Source of the DNA: Carcharhinus amblyrhynchos
Lineage: Eukaryota
Assembly: GCA_965287045.1 (NCBI GenBank)
Contig: OZ336873.1
Location: 37,324,001-37,388,000, forward strand
Length of the DNA: 64,000 nucleotides
Reading direction: 5' to 3'
Numbering within the stretch: the stretch's first letter is position 1; every line of letters begins with the position of its first letter. Shown here piece after piece: positions 1 to 12,502 of the stretch. A model generated the notes under the pieces. It searched no databases and was not told where the DNA came from. It saw only the letters and a list, made by a program, of their open reading frames with translations. A program made the position numbers and the translations under genes.

Positions 1-19
1 TCCGAAGCCTCCTCCATAA

Positions 20-110
20 AATCCCTCCAGTGCAGAAGAAGGCCATTTGGCCCATCAAGTCTGCACCGACTCTCCAACAGAGCTTCTCAGCCAGGCCATA
101 CCCCACAACA
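20..110 (-). mobile_element. HE1-like V-SINE, 3' (CR1-like) tail fragment
   Basis: cagtgcagaagaaggccatttggcccatcaagtctgcaccgactctc is the reverse complement of the tail on fuller SINE copies at 10995-11403 and 41530-41855. Confidence 0.7.
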
Positions 111-150
111 TCATGTGTACTTATAGGCAGAGTCTGTCACAGTTAAAAAC

Positions 151-995
151 AGTAGTAAGAAGTCTCAACACCAGGTTAAAGTTCAACAGGCTTATTTGGC
201 AGCATTAGCTTTCAGAGTCTCGCTCCTTCATCAGGTGAGTGAGAAATTGTGTTCACAAACAGGGCATATACAGACACAAACTCAATTGAAAAGATAATGA
301 TTGGAATGCAAGTCTTTACAGATAAATCAAGTCTTAAAGGTACAGATAATGTGAGTGGAGAGAGGGCGAAGCACAAATTAAAGAGATGTGTATTGTCTCC
401 AGCCAGGACAGTAAGTGAGATTTTGCAAGCCCAGGAAAATCGCGGGGGTTACAGATAATGTGACATGAACCCAAGATCCAGGCTGAGGCTGTTCTCATGT
501 GTGCGGAACTTGGCTATCAGTTTCTGCTCAGTGATTCTGCGCTGTCGTGTGTCATGAAGGCCACCTTGGAGAATGCTTACCCGAAGGTCAGAGGCTGAAT
601 GCCCGTGACCGCTGAAGTGTTTCCCAACAGGAAGGGAACATCCTTGCCTGGTGATTGTCGAGCGGTGTTTATTCATCCGTTGTCGTAGCGTCTGCATGGT
701 CTCCCCGATTTACCATGCCTCGGGACATCCTTTCCTGCAGCGTATCAGGTAGACAACGTTGGCCAAGTCGCAAGAGTATGTACCATGTGCCTGGTGGATG
801 GTGTTCTCATATGAGATGATGGCATCCGCGTCGATGATCCGGCATGTCTTGCAGAGGTTGCTGTGGCAGGATTGTGTGGTGTCGTGTTCACTGTTCTCCT
901 GAAGGCTGGGTAGTTTGCTGTGGACAATGATCTGTTTGAGGTTGTGTGGTTGTTTGAAGGCAAAAAGTGGAGGTGTGAGGATGGCTTTGGTGAGA
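151..995 (-). mobile_element. Penelope-like retroelement 3' fragment (GIY-YIG endonuclease end plus pLTR), decayed
   Basis: Minus strand translates as ...NVVYLIRCRKGCPEAW*IGETMQTLRQRMNKHRS...EQKLIAKFRTHEN (GIY-YIG motif with an in-frame stop; ORF 449-697). The 3' region matches the element at 12451-13682. Confidence 0.9.
203..237 (-). ncRNA. Minimal type-I hammerhead ribozyme motif in PLE pLTR
   Basis: Reverse complement reads CAC-CTGATGA-A-GGAG-CGAGA-CTCT-GAAA-GC-TA-ATG: conserved core, stem II, palindromic AGCT. Confidence 0.65.
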
Positions 996-1105
996 AAGAT
1001 ACATGTCTCAGAAGTACCTATGTTAGCTTCCTCCAGGCATTTCGGTGAAAAGATACCAGACCAACTTTGTTCCTGAATTGATCATTAAGACAGGCTGGAC
1101 ATTTA

Positions 1106-1411
1106 GGGTAGCATGGTGGCACTGTGGTTAGCACTGCTGCCTCACAGCACCAGGGACCCAGGTTTGATTCTCAGCTTGGGCCACTGTGCAAAGTCTGCAC
1201 GTTCTCCCCGTGTCTGTGTGAGTTTCCTCTGGGTGCTCTGGTGTCCTCCCACAATTCAAAAGACATGCTGGTTTGGTGCATTAGCCATGTTAAATTCTCC
1301 CTCAGTGTACCTGAACAGGTGCAGGAGTGTGGTGACTAGGGTATTTTCACAGTAACTTCATTGCAGTGTTAATCTAAGCCTAGTTGTGGCACTAATAAAT
1401 AAACGTTAAAC
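1106..1411 (+). mobile_element. tRNA-derived V-SINE, tail type B
   Basis: tRNA-like head (tggttagcactgctgcctcacag...ggtttgattc), central gggtttcct...cctcccaca domain, tail ...ttcacagtaacttcattgcagtgttaat...aataaataaac. Confidence 0.9.
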
Positions 1412-3381
1412 TGTTAAGAATGTGATGAATCTGACCACTTCTTGTTTTGCTCACCTATTATTTGAATTCCATTCCTGAAGACAATGAAAGGTAAAATAAG
1501 GCAGGTGAAAAATGGTCAGTTGACCAGATACAGTTGATTTCCTAATGGGGAGAGGCTGATTAGATTGAAATAACACCTCTATGTCTTGCTAGGGCCCTAT
1601 TTCTGGGCACCAGTCACTCTTGTGTATCCAAGTGTTTGAATTGAGTTGATGGCAGGTGCTGACCATTACTTAGTGGCCTTCACAAACCCCCAACAATTTC
1701 CCACCAACACATGTTTATACGCACATCAGAAGTTACCCAGAGTTCAGTCAGCGTGAGGAAATATGAACTTTGTGTCACAGTGAGACTGTGAAGGAATAAG
1801 CTTACATTAAGAGTTCAGAACAATCTACAGTGTTACCACAGCGATGAGGCCAACTCAGTGCAAACCAAAATGGTGCTGAGTGAGTCAGCCATGACCTACT
1901 CAATAAAAATATTTTTGAGGAGTTTCAAAAATGTAATCTAAAGATAAAAACTTTTCTGCGTAGACTTTACTTTGGAAAATATCCAAAAGCATCCTTGTAA
2001 AGTACGCAGCAGAGTCACATAACCACAGCAACCATTGATAATCCCAGTCAGCTGCCTCAGTTGTAAACACACTTTCTGTTGTACAAAATAGATGATCTGA
2101 ACAATATACAGGAAAACTTAGTCATAGTTGGAAAAATGTAATTTTATATCTCACCTACCCCCAACAAAAGGTCACTTCAGTCTCTGCTTCTCCTTCCCAC
2201 ACACAACAGGGTTTTCCACAGCAACAAACTAATATTGCTCTGTAACTTGCCATCACAATGTCAAACTCCAGATGCATTGACTCCCCTGAGATTTCTCTCC
2301 AAATAGGGAAGTAGTTTGCATCTGTTTAAAGGTTCCCCTAGACTGAAATCAAGAATTTTGAATTAAGAGCACAGATCATAATTCAAATAGTATACAGATA
2401 TAATTACCAAATCATAAAAAAACTCTTCCCTTTCAATCCATTTATTTCCACTAATCCTTATTGGTAATAAGAATTTCAGGTCACCTAGCTACCGCTCCTG
2501 GTAGCTGTTATGAATGTGCAGTTTACACAATGAGTGTTGTGAGGCTGGGTGTTGAGGACATTTTCCCCAAAGATCCAATTTGGACGCAACTTTCTTCTTT
2601 TAACCAACGAAAGGAGAAATGTCCGAAAATGCCTGTCTTTGAACTGTCTGGTTCCTGAGGATGTGATGTCATAGATGAAAATAAACAAACGTTACATCCT
2701 CTGGATAGTAACCAATCAAAATGCACCTGCACTGATGGTCCTTTAACACCTTTTGAATAGCTAGAAACCATTTAACCAGTGCAGGTGCCAAAAAAAAATC
2801 CATTGAACTCTGAAGTGCACAACATTTTATGAAAGTGGTTGAATGACGAAAACAAAAACTATAACTCAACAAGAAGAATCTTTAAGTATAGCAGACACAG
2901 TGCGAGGAAAGACAGTTGTCAAACATGCAGATCACATGAAAATTCATGTCATGGCTAGAGTGGATTCTCTTTCACTGCTCAGACCTGGCTGGATGACATT
3001 GTATTTCATGAAGAACACAAAGTCCATCCATGAACTGAAATGTAACAACAACTAATGTATGGATTTGAAGGAAAATAGTTGTTAAGATTTATACAAAAAT
3101 TATCCTGCTAACAGAAATTTTAGCAAAGTATGCAAGTAATATACATGCTTAAATGGGAAATGTGTACAGTCTATTCTTCACTAGAAGTAAAAAGAAATTG
3201 TGTGAAGCGATTGGAAATTGAAAAGCTTAAAAATTTGAACCACTTTCTTGAAAATATCTTGTTGTAATCTGTCCTGTCAGTAAAATAATACTTTCTGGCA
3301 AGGTGACAGCTTTCACGGCATATCTCCAATAAGGCGATATTTGAGATAATTCCTTAAGCTCAAATCTCCAAACATTTACTG

Positions 3382-3413
3382 GTGTGTGTGTGTGTATATA
3401 TGCGAGTGTTTGT

Positions 3414-3450
<37 letters not shown>
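3382..3450. repeat. (GT)n microsatellite running into (GC)n
   Basis: Directly visible gtgtgt...gcgcgc run of alternating purine-pyrimidine. Confidence 0.95.
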
Positions 3451-3641
3451 CGCACCCGTGCGCGAGGGAATGTACAAAATTGATTTTTTGTAAACATGTT
3501 TAAATTGCAACATCAGAGTTTACAAGAAAGGGACATGGATGAGTGCAATGGAACCCTTTGTTTTCAATCTTTTTAACGTCACCCGGTGGGATTTTTTTCA
3601 GTCAATAACCTACATGACCATTACCATGCTAGCTGAGCAAT

Positions 3642-4597
3642 GATTTGATTTGATTTGATTTATTATTGTCACATGTATTAATATACAGTGAAAAATATTG
3701 TTTCCTGTGCGCTATGCAGACAAAACATACTGTTCATAGAGAAGGAAATGAGAGAGTGCAGAATGTAGTGTTACAGTCATAGCGAGGATGTAGAGAAAGA
3801 TCAACTTAATGCAATGTAAGTCCATTCAAAAGTCTGACAAGAACAAGGAACAAGCTGTTCTTGAGTCGGTTGGTACGTGACCTCAGACTTATGTATCTTC
3901 TTCCCGAAGGAAGAAGTGGAAGAGAGAATGTCTGGGGTGACATGGGGTCCTTAATTATGCTGGCTGCTATGCCGACGCAGCAGGAAGTGTAGATAGAGTC
4001 AATGGATGGGAGGCAAGTTTGCGTGATGGACTGGGCTATATTCACAACCTTTTGTAGTTTCTTGCAGTCTTGGGCAGAGCAGGAGCCATATCAAGCTTGA
4101 TACAATGAGAAAGAATGCTTTCTGTGGTGCATCTGTAAAAGTTGGTGAGAGTCATAGCTGACATGCCAAATTTCCTTAGTCTTCTGAGAAAGTAGAGGCA
4201 TTGGCTTTCTTAACTATTGTGTCGGCATGGGGGGACCAGGACAGGTTGTTGGTGATCAGGATACCTAAAAACTTGAAGCTCTTGACCCTTTCAAATTCAT
4301 CCCCATTGATGTAGACAAGAGCATGTTCTCCTTTACGCTTCTTGAAGTCAATGATAATCTCCTTCATTTTGTTGACATTGAGGGAGGTGTTATTGTTGTC
4401 ATACCAGTTCACCAGATTCTCTATCTCATTCCTATACTCTGTCTATTCAGTGTTTGAGATCCAACTCATTCCAGTGGTGTCATCAGCAAATCTGAAAATC
4501 GAATTGGAGGGGAATTTGGCCGCACAGTCATAGGAGTATAGGCTGAGAATACAGCCTTGTGGGGCACCGGTGTTGAGGATTATCGTGTAGGAGGTGT
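3642..4597 (-). mobile_element. Rex1/Babar-type LINE, 5'-truncated and decayed
   Basis: ORFs 4176-4412 (LNVNKMKEIIIDFKK...FKFLGILITNNLSWS) and 3806-4045 (LPSGRRYISLRSRTNRLKNS); (CAAAT)n tail, read as tgatttgatt on the + strand. Confidence 0.9.
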
Positions 4598-4629
4598 GAT
4601 GTGAGTTGATAAAAATAGATGGGCTTGAG

Positions 4630-5140
4630 GAAATTCAAGCCTTTCAAAGTAAACGTTGCAAAGCTGACCTGAAAGAGATCTTCAATATTATGAAAGGTTT
4701 TGATAGTGTAGGCATAGAGTTTTTAGATTTAAGTTTATTTATTAGTATCACACTGAAAGAAGTTACTGTGAAAATCCCCTAGTTGTCACACTCTGGCGCC
4801 TGTTTGGATAGACTGAGGGAGAATTTAGCATGGCCAATGCACCTAACCAGCACGTCTTTCAGACTGTGGGAGGAAACTGGGGCACCCAGAGGAAACCCAC
4901 GCAGACACGGGAAGAACATACAGACCCTGCACGGGCAGTGACCCAGGCTGGGAATCAAACCCAGGTCCCTGGTGCTGTGAGGCAGCAGTGCCAACCAATG
5001 TGCCACCATGCCATTTCCACCTTCAGGCAAGACTAGAACAAAAAGCCATAAATATAAGATAGTCACTAATATATCCAGTAGGAAATTCAGGAGAATGATG
5101 AGAACATGGAATTCATGATTATGTGGAGTAGTTGAGGAAA
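4630..5140 (+). mobile_element. Old CR1 3' fragment split by a SINE (4722-5012)
   Basis: Degenerate CR1 C-terminal sequence (IFNIMKGFD ... FPPSGKTRTKSHKYKI) on both sides of the SINE. Confidence 0.6.
4722..5012 (-). mobile_element. V-SINE, tail type B
   Basis: Reverse complement of the 1106-1411 family. Confidence 0.9.
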
Positions 5141-5734
5141 ATGGCTTCTTTCTGTGTTCTGATTGTTTTGTAATTATAACTCTTTGCAATTGGATTGTAT
5201 TGTTGCAAAGTGGCGCTGCTTAGTGTATGGTTGGTGGCTTAGTACCACAGAATTAGTGCTTTCTACTGCATGGTCACTTAAGTGCCAAAATTGCTTGTCA
5301 TTACTTTCTAACGGGTATCTTCACACACTGTTCTGTATGACACATAACTGATGTCAGTACTAATGGCGGTTCTCCAGCATGGATGAGTCTTTATCTGTTG
5401 TAGTGTAGTACAATTGTTTATGGCTGCTGCAAACTGCACTTGTACTGTAGCATTCTCAATGGTGAATCTTAGCCATACTGCTTTGGAGGTGCAAGCAATT
5501 TACTCGGTATTACTCTGGAAGGCCAGACAGAAGGTCGACAGGTATCATTCTGGCCACTCTCATACATCTCCTTTGGTGAGCTCAAGAGTAACATTTGTTA
5601 ATTGCCCATCTGACAGCTGGGAAACAGCACTGCATCTGAGGGGCAGAAACTTGAAAAGAAAAGGAGAAAAACGGAGATAAACAGAATAACTTCATTTTCG
5701 ACAAGCCCCATGCATTTTTAGGCTAGAGGATTGA

Positions 5735-6055
5735 AGTATTCTCAAGCTGACACTCCAGTGCAGTACTGTCAAAGGTGCACTGTCAAAGGTGCGTCTCTTT
5801 AATGAGATATCAAACTTAGGCTTGTTCTGTCCTCTTAGGTGGATACAAAAGATGTCATGGCACTATTTGAAGAAGAAAAGGGGAGTTTTCTATTACATCC
5901 TGGCCAATATTTGCTTACCTATCAACACCATTAAACCAGATTATTAAATCATTTCCCCTGCTGATTTTGAGTCTTACTATGTGCAAATTGGCTGACATAT
6001 GTCCTCCATTATACCTGTGACTACACTTGAAAAAAAGTGCTACACTGGTTTAAAC
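5735..6055 (+). mobile_element. DeuSINE (SacSINE1/AmnSINE1-like) copy
   Basis: Deu-domain-like run: ccagtgcagtactg...ggtggatacaaaagatgtcatggcactatttgaagaaga...cctggccaatatt...gtgcaaattggctg...gtgactacacttg. Confidence 0.75.
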
Positions 6056-6427
6056 TTCAAACATTCATGAAGAATTTTGCGCATTGGATCATTTCCATGG
6101 GATCTGTTTTCCCCCCCATCTGCAAACAGCTGTAACTGACATTAATCATGTAAATAGTGCTGTTTGATTGGGTAAACATCTATAATTAGTGCTGGTTTCA
6201 CATTCCCAGGTCAGTCCTTACAAATTCCATCTGTGCATTAACTGCACTTTGAAGTAACACCTTTGATGTCAATTGCAACTTTAAAATTCAAGCAGATTAA
6301 CCTTTTGTTTAGAATGTAGGATTGTGAGTGTGTCTAAAATTTCCATTTAAGACAGAAGGTCTTGATGAAAAATATCACAATACAGTTTAAAATATTAACA
6401 TTGTTTGCAGATTGGAGGATTTTATAG

Positions 6428-6520
6428 TTTCCTACATTACAACAAGAACTACACTCCAAAAGTACTTTATTGGCTGTAAAGTGGTCCTGAAAAGTACTAT
6501 ATAAATGCAAGTCTTTCATT
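6428..6520 (+). mobile_element. DeuSINE 3' tail fragment
   Basis: tttcctacattacaac...actacactccaaaagtactttattggctgtaaa...atataaatgcaagtcttt. Confidence 0.6.
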
Positions 6521-6729
6521 TTAGTTATTCTAAGTAAGTATTCCGAAATTCAGTACACATCCTGAGTCTATGGGTTATGAACCACCAAGACATGATCACA
6601 AAAAAAGTCCAGCATGCTCACCTAAAACATATGTTACAAGAAACAGAGAGACACTGCTAAAAAGCTACAACTTATGGGGGAATAATCGCAGCTACATTTT
6701 TAAAAATGTGTAGGCAATTTAGAACATCT

Positions 6730-7016
6730 AAAGTTTATTGGCCACAAATAGGCTTACTGCAATGAAGTTACTGTGAAAACTCCCTAGTCGCCACACTCCG
6801 GCGCCTGTTCGGGTACACTGAGGGAGAATTTAACTTGGCCAATGCACCTAACCTGCACATCTTTGGACTGTGGGAGGAAATCGGAGCACCTGGAGGAAAC
6901 CCATGCAAACACAGGGAGAATGTGCAAACTCACACAGACAGTGACCCAAGCCAGGAATCGAACTTGGGTCCCTGCCGCTGCGTGGCAGCAGTGCCAACCA
7001 CTGCGCCACCGTGCCT
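6730..7016 (-). mobile_element. V-SINE, tail type B
   Basis: Reverse complement of the family consensus seen across this window. Confidence 0.9.
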
Positions 7017-7017
7017 A

Positions 7018-7139
7018 GGGCAGGATTTTACAGCATTGCTTGTCCTGAAAATCCCACCTGAGGTCAACACACCGTTCCAATGGTCCACCCCTCACCCGCT
7101 CCGATTCCTGTGGCGCGCAGGACAGTAAAGTCCTGGCCC
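7018..7139. mobile_element. MITE of about 120 bp with GGGC-starting TIRs (PIF/Harbinger-like)
   Basis: Terminal inverted repeats gggcaggattttac ... gtaaagtcctggccc; related copies at 7324, 41865, 53377 and 57151. Confidence 0.7.
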
Positions 7140-7323
7140 TGGAGTTTTTACCCATTGGAAAGCTACCTGTAATCTTCCATCCAGGATTTTAACCAGGTCT
7201 CCAGGGTTAATCTGCATCAACATGTACAAAGCTGATGAGGTCCTTCTTTACACGTGCATGCTGGGCTCCAATGACACCATTGTGACCTAAGTATTTATCC
7301 TTCATTCAACATTGCAAAGATCA

Positions 7324-7440
7324 GGGGCTGAATTTTCCTGTCCTGCCAGCCACAGGAATCATAGCAGTTGGGAAATGGACCATGCAAAGGTCCGTTGACC
7401 TCAGGTTCTTGGGGTGAGCATGGCGAGAAAAACACACCCT
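7324..7440. mobile_element. MITE, same family as 7018
   Basis: ggggctgaattttcc ... gagaaaaacacaccc; shared core ccatgcaaaggtccgttgacctcagg. Confidence 0.65.
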
Positions 7441-7572
7441 AGATGATTATATGTTCATTATCACATTGCTGTTTGTGGAAGACACTGAGCACAAATTGGC
7501 TGATGCATTTCCTACATTACAACAATGATTACCCCGGTCTTGAAAAGCACAGTGTAAATGCAAGTCTTCCTT
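7441..7572 (+). mobile_element. DeuSINE 3' fragment
   Basis: gattatatgttcattatcacattgctgtttgtgg...caaattggctgatgcatttcctacattacaac. Confidence 0.65.
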
Positions 7573-7576
7573 TTTT

Positions 7577-7860
7577 TTCCCATCGGGAAAAAGATACGGA
7601 AGTCCGAGGTCACATACCAACCAACTCAAGATCAGCTTCTTCCCTGTTGACTTCTGAATGGATCTACCTCGCACTAAGTTGATCTTTCTCTACACCCTAG
7701 CTATGACTGTAACACTACATTCTGCACTCTCTTCTTTCCTTCTCTATGAACGGTATACTTTGTCTGTATAGCATGCAATAAACAATACACCACAATGTAC
7801 AGTAATCATGTAAATAGTGCTGTTTGATTGGCACTAATAAACTAAATCAACTCAAAATCA
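7577..7860 (+). mobile_element. Rex1/Babar LINE 3' end with an altered tail
   Basis: Matches the reverse complement of 3642-3910; the tail is interrupted by a 29-bp copy of 6143-6171. Confidence 0.85.
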
Positions 7861-10800
7861 AAACTCTGACTGAATGAGGCTGCCAAGTCTCTTTCATTGG
7901 GTGAAGGCATGTCAGTACTTTCTGGGAGAGACAACGGTCCCCACAAGAAAATCTTAAGCCCCCCTTGCCCTTCCTGAACAGGAAATGTCACCAGAATTCA
8001 GTCCCATCTTTTATTTTATTGGTGAGCAGCCAAAACATTTCTTATTTCTTGCCTACAGACAGGAAGCCTACTGGCAGAATTTGAACATGGTCCGTGAGTT
8101 AAAATAGCCCAGAACTAATTTCGGTGCGTGTAACGCTTACTTTGCGACATGCTCAAAACCAGGTCCATTATTCTAGAATACAATGCTCAGTTATTCCTTT
8201 GGTTTCTATTATTCAATTGTTACTGCAATGGACAGGGAAATAATTGTTGCATTCCTTTGAATAAATGGCAACATGAAGCTTTGATATTTTCTGCATCTTT
8301 CTGTCTGAGAAATCCCAGTACCACTGTTTGTCAATGCATTTTGTTCCTAAGGAATCTGACTTTAAGGGTTAGTTTTTAATATGTAAACTATATTATAGAT
8401 GTATAAATTTTAGTGTTGTTGATTAGCCATTGGTGTCCATGTGACACCCTGCAAGCACAAACCCAGTAAATAATAGTGTGCAATCATTAATTTTGTATAT
8501 GTTATAAAGAATCATACACCCTGTACCATGTTTTCCAAGCGGGAATACATTTTGGGGTTGAGATGACATTGATAAACATTTCAAGTTCTCTCCAGAGGTT
8601 TATGATTTATCTTAATACATTACTGCCGGGTAACCCAATGGAGGTCATGTATTATCTTATACATACTGAATCAATCGCAGTTACTTGGTTGGGCCTTCAT
8701 TTACTGTGTCTGATTTTTGGAGGTTAGAATCCAGAGATATAATTGGCAAGTGTGAATAAAGAGACTAAGCAAAGAAAAAGAAACATTATCATGCACAGTT
8801 CCTGAATCGAGTTCAATCGCGAAGCACTTTGGCAGAAAACAGATTTTTTAAGATAATAATATACTTGGCTATGTGAATCAAATCCAAGAATTTGGAGATA
8901 TAAAAAATGCAGACACTGTGAAACACCTGAATAGAGAACATCGAATGCTCAAGCATAGGTCTATGCTTCCTATCTCCAGTTCCTTATTCATATTGACACA
9001 TTAATACAGTATTTGTGAAGGGTTTATTTAAACCATAATTCTATTCTTTGGAATTCATTCATCTGAATAAAATAGAGCCACTAAATGGACAGTTGCTTAT
9101 GGCCTGTATGAACATGCAGCCTGTGTACTCTCAGATGCTGTTTATTATTCTTCATGGCGATATCTATAATTTATGAGCAAACTGTTTTGTAAGCATTCCA
9201 TAAAGGTTGAGTAAAGTATTTAGTTGTTAACGCTTACATTGTCATGCTCTGAATCGAAATGTGCCCACTTACATTCTATTCATCAAAGCACAAAGACATC
9301 AAGGCAAAGATATTATCCAAATATTATTAAAACTTTGAACCTTGTCCTCATAAATTATGGCAAAATGGCTTCTGAGCTATTAGCGAGGAAAATGTATGGG
9401 CTTCAGTTGCTTTGGAGTAATTATGTGCTTAAAAGGAAGCGTGGCTAAGCATTCTCCCAGTAAAACAAGAAGAGTCATGATCATTTGTTACTTCTTTAGT
9501 ACTGTTCAGTATTTTTCACACAGGTCAATCCAACCTTACAGCAGAACCATTATCTTCCCAGAGAGACCAAACATCTGTTACTAAGTACATACAGACACTG
9601 CTGCAACATGCTAAAAATCTTGTCCAGTTCATCTGTTTTGCTTACAGTACCATGCTTTAAAACACTTGGCCAAGTTTACAAAGCAACCCCCATTTCTCAT
9701 TGCAAGTGTGATGCATCAGCAATGAAATATGCAGCACTTCCACTCCTCCATTATTTCCTTAAATATATGCACAGCTGTAAGATACCGGTATTGGGTCTGT
9801 CTGGTGGCTCATTTCCGCAAGTCTTTTTCTTAAACTCACTGTGTCCACTCAAAACTGCAAAATGCACAGGATCCTTGTTTCGATGCCAGCCTCAAAACAC
9901 AACTGCTGCTTGTTTTATGGAATAGACCGGGATGGACAACAGAAAGGCACTTAGAAGCAGATTGGCAAGTAAGCAAAATTATTATTTCACTGACAGGAAA
10001 CAAAGCAGATTCATGGTGGAAAGAAAATGAGAAAAGATCGTAAAACAAGAGGTCGCTCAGTTTCAATTTGAATGGATGTAAACTTGATTGTTTTTAATAC
10101 CTTCATGTTTCTCAATTGGAGAACACGGAACAGTAAAACCCCACTTGCTTGCTATCTCTGTCCTGGCATAATTTCATCCTCCCACTCCAAAAGATAGGCA
10201 GTGTTTCAGGGAATGAGGAGGACATTTCACGAAAGCTACAGTAATTGATTAAACATCTGTTAAACTGCAGGTGGTTTCTCCTTTTTTCATGGGGCGTTTG
10301 ATAATGGATGATCTAATCTGTGTTCCTACATTGTTTACTTCATTACACAGGTGACAGAGATGAAGTGATAGTATCTGCCAACTTTTAAAAAATGACTTGC
10401 CTGCAAGAAATGATTGTGCTAATTTCCAATGGGAAGAGCCACAACATGTGCAACAAGCTCAGCTTACATGAAATCTTTATTTCTGTGCCCCCCCCTCCCA
10501 CCAGACCAATTTACTTGTAGAGCTTGAAATTCAACTTTTACATCCTTTGATTGCCTGCCTGAGGCCATGCAAAACAATTACCACAGCGTAGGCACTAAAG
10601 AAACTGATGATTATAAGGACATGAGCTTTGTATGACTGCACAATGGCTATAAATAGTGCTTCCTCATAGTTATGTGATAGTTATTAACCTAAGACTTACC
10701 AACAGTTATTTAAACAATGAAAGTTGTCCTGTGACAGAAGCCACATTTTGCAAACAATCTCGCACGGACAATTGTCAGTTCACATTCCATGTCTAAGAAT

Positions 10801-10994
10801 TTACCAAAATAAATGTGAAGATAGAGTTTTTCTTTTTTTATATGGTCAGTAGGGCAGCAATGTGTTTTTTCCTTGCTTGTTTCCTTCTCCTCTCACCTTG
10901 GATTTTCCAAGGATCAATGAGACAGAATGGAAGCAGGATGGTCGTAAAATGGCCACTGAATGCTAAGCTGGGACTACCACCTCTGTTTCTCGAG

Positions 10995-11403
10995 TCTCAC
11001 AGTGCCAGGGACCTGGGTTCGATTCCGGCCATCTGTGTGGAGTTGCATGTTCTCCCCGTGTCTGCATGGGTTTCCTCTAGGTGCTCTGGTTTCCTCCCAC
11101 ACTCCAAAAATATGCAGGTTAGGTAGATTTGCCAGGCTGAATTGCCCCTTATTGTCCAAAAATATACAGGTTAAGTGGAATGGACATGCTAAATTGCCCC
11201 TTAATGTCCAAAGATATATAGGTTAGGTGTACTGGCCATGGTAAATTGCCCCTTAGTACGGGGTAGGGTGGGGTGGGGTTGGGCTAGCAGGATAAATGTG
11301 TAAGATTATGAGGAAAGGGCCTGAGTGGATTGTTGTCAGTGCAGGCTCAATGGACCGAATGGCCTCCTTCCTCACTGTAGGGATTCTATATTTCTATGAT
11401 TCT
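10995..11403 (+). mobile_element. HE1-like V-SINE (tail type A) with an internal unit of about 52 bp in three tandem copies
   Basis: V-domain, then three copies of ggttaggt...aattgcccctta, then CR1-like tail gaatggcctccttc...gattctat. Confidence 0.88.
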
Positions 11404-12044
11404 GCCGAGGGAGCATTTTCCGAGGGTGGGGAGGGAGCTGCTTCAGTGCAGTCTCGCTTCTATTAATGAGGTACTTATTGTGAACTAAAGAGCCCAACCC
11501 TGGTAATTTTTAAAATTTTTGGTAAAGAGGCTAAACTTTAGCAGCTATTGGGAAACTCCAGTTCAATGGAGGCAAGCATGGGATTAGCTGTAAGCTTATG
11601 TGAGAAGATGCAGTTTGACTTGATGCTGAAGAAGCTGAACTCAAAGAGATTTTATTAAAAAAAAGATTTTAAAGAATGCATCACCAGCCTAACACTGTCC
11701 TGGGTTCCAGGACACAGGCCGCTCTCTGAACTGTGGAAAATTTTAATTGTGCTAATTTTTGGCCAAGAACATTAATGTGCAAATGGCAATTACAGCAATG
11801 GCTGCTAAAGCGTGTCATAATCCGGCCCACTTTTTGACTGATGCATCTCTCTTCTCATGTCATTGCCAACTCATTGAATGACAGACCATCTGAGTCAAAA
11901 TAACAGCTACTTCCTGTTTCACATTGGGGTGGATTTGTGACCCAGAATCAAATGCACCTCCTGATTGCTGCCTCCAGCCAGAAAATCCTATCCGGCTATC
12001 TATTATTTATGTGGGCTGGTAGACCATATATTTGTGAAGAGTAT

Positions 12045-12437
12045 CAACAACAATAAACTTGGATGTAGACAATGTAAGCAAACATTGCTTGGTGCTTCAC
12101 AGTGACATAAAGAAAATGGACACTAAGTCACTGAAGGAGATGGTAGGATAGATGTTGGAAAGAGTCGAACAAGCGGGTTTTAGGGACAGGCCTACAGGCA
12201 GAGAGGAAATTGGAATGGACATTTAGAAACCATATTGCAGAGGAGGGTCTAGATGGCTAACAACCCTGCTTCCAATTAAATTTGGTGGCAGGGTGGAGAT
12301 GCACAAGAGGCCAGTGATGGAGGAGACATAGGGAAAGGCAAAAGCACAGAAAGGTTTAAAATCACATTAAAATTTGAAACCTGAGGCACGAGGGATTGGA
12401 AGTCTCATTGATAATCGATGGATGAAGGATTGCTGTA
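12045..12437 (-). mobile_element. Old L2-type LINE fragment (resumes at about 13696-13880)
   Basis: Degenerate purine-rich L2-like 3' sequence flanking the PLE insertion on both sides. Confidence 0.4.
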
Positions 12438-12502
12438 GGAAAGGATACGGTAAAAAGTCTGACAACACCAGGTTTAAGTCCAACCGATTTATTTGATAGT
12501 AA

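Noticed and set aside
1106-1180. tRNA genes
   Set aside because: The tRNA-like A/B boxes are SINE heads that continue into SINE bodies; no standalone cloverleaf was seen
2843-3055. Gypsy pol C-terminal-like peptide (VRGKTVVKHADHMK)
   Set aside because: The match is very short, with no flanking integrase motifs or LTRs
11110-11260. CRISPR-like repeat array
   Set aside because: These are contiguous tandem units inside a SINE, with no unique spacers or cas genes, in eukaryotic DNA
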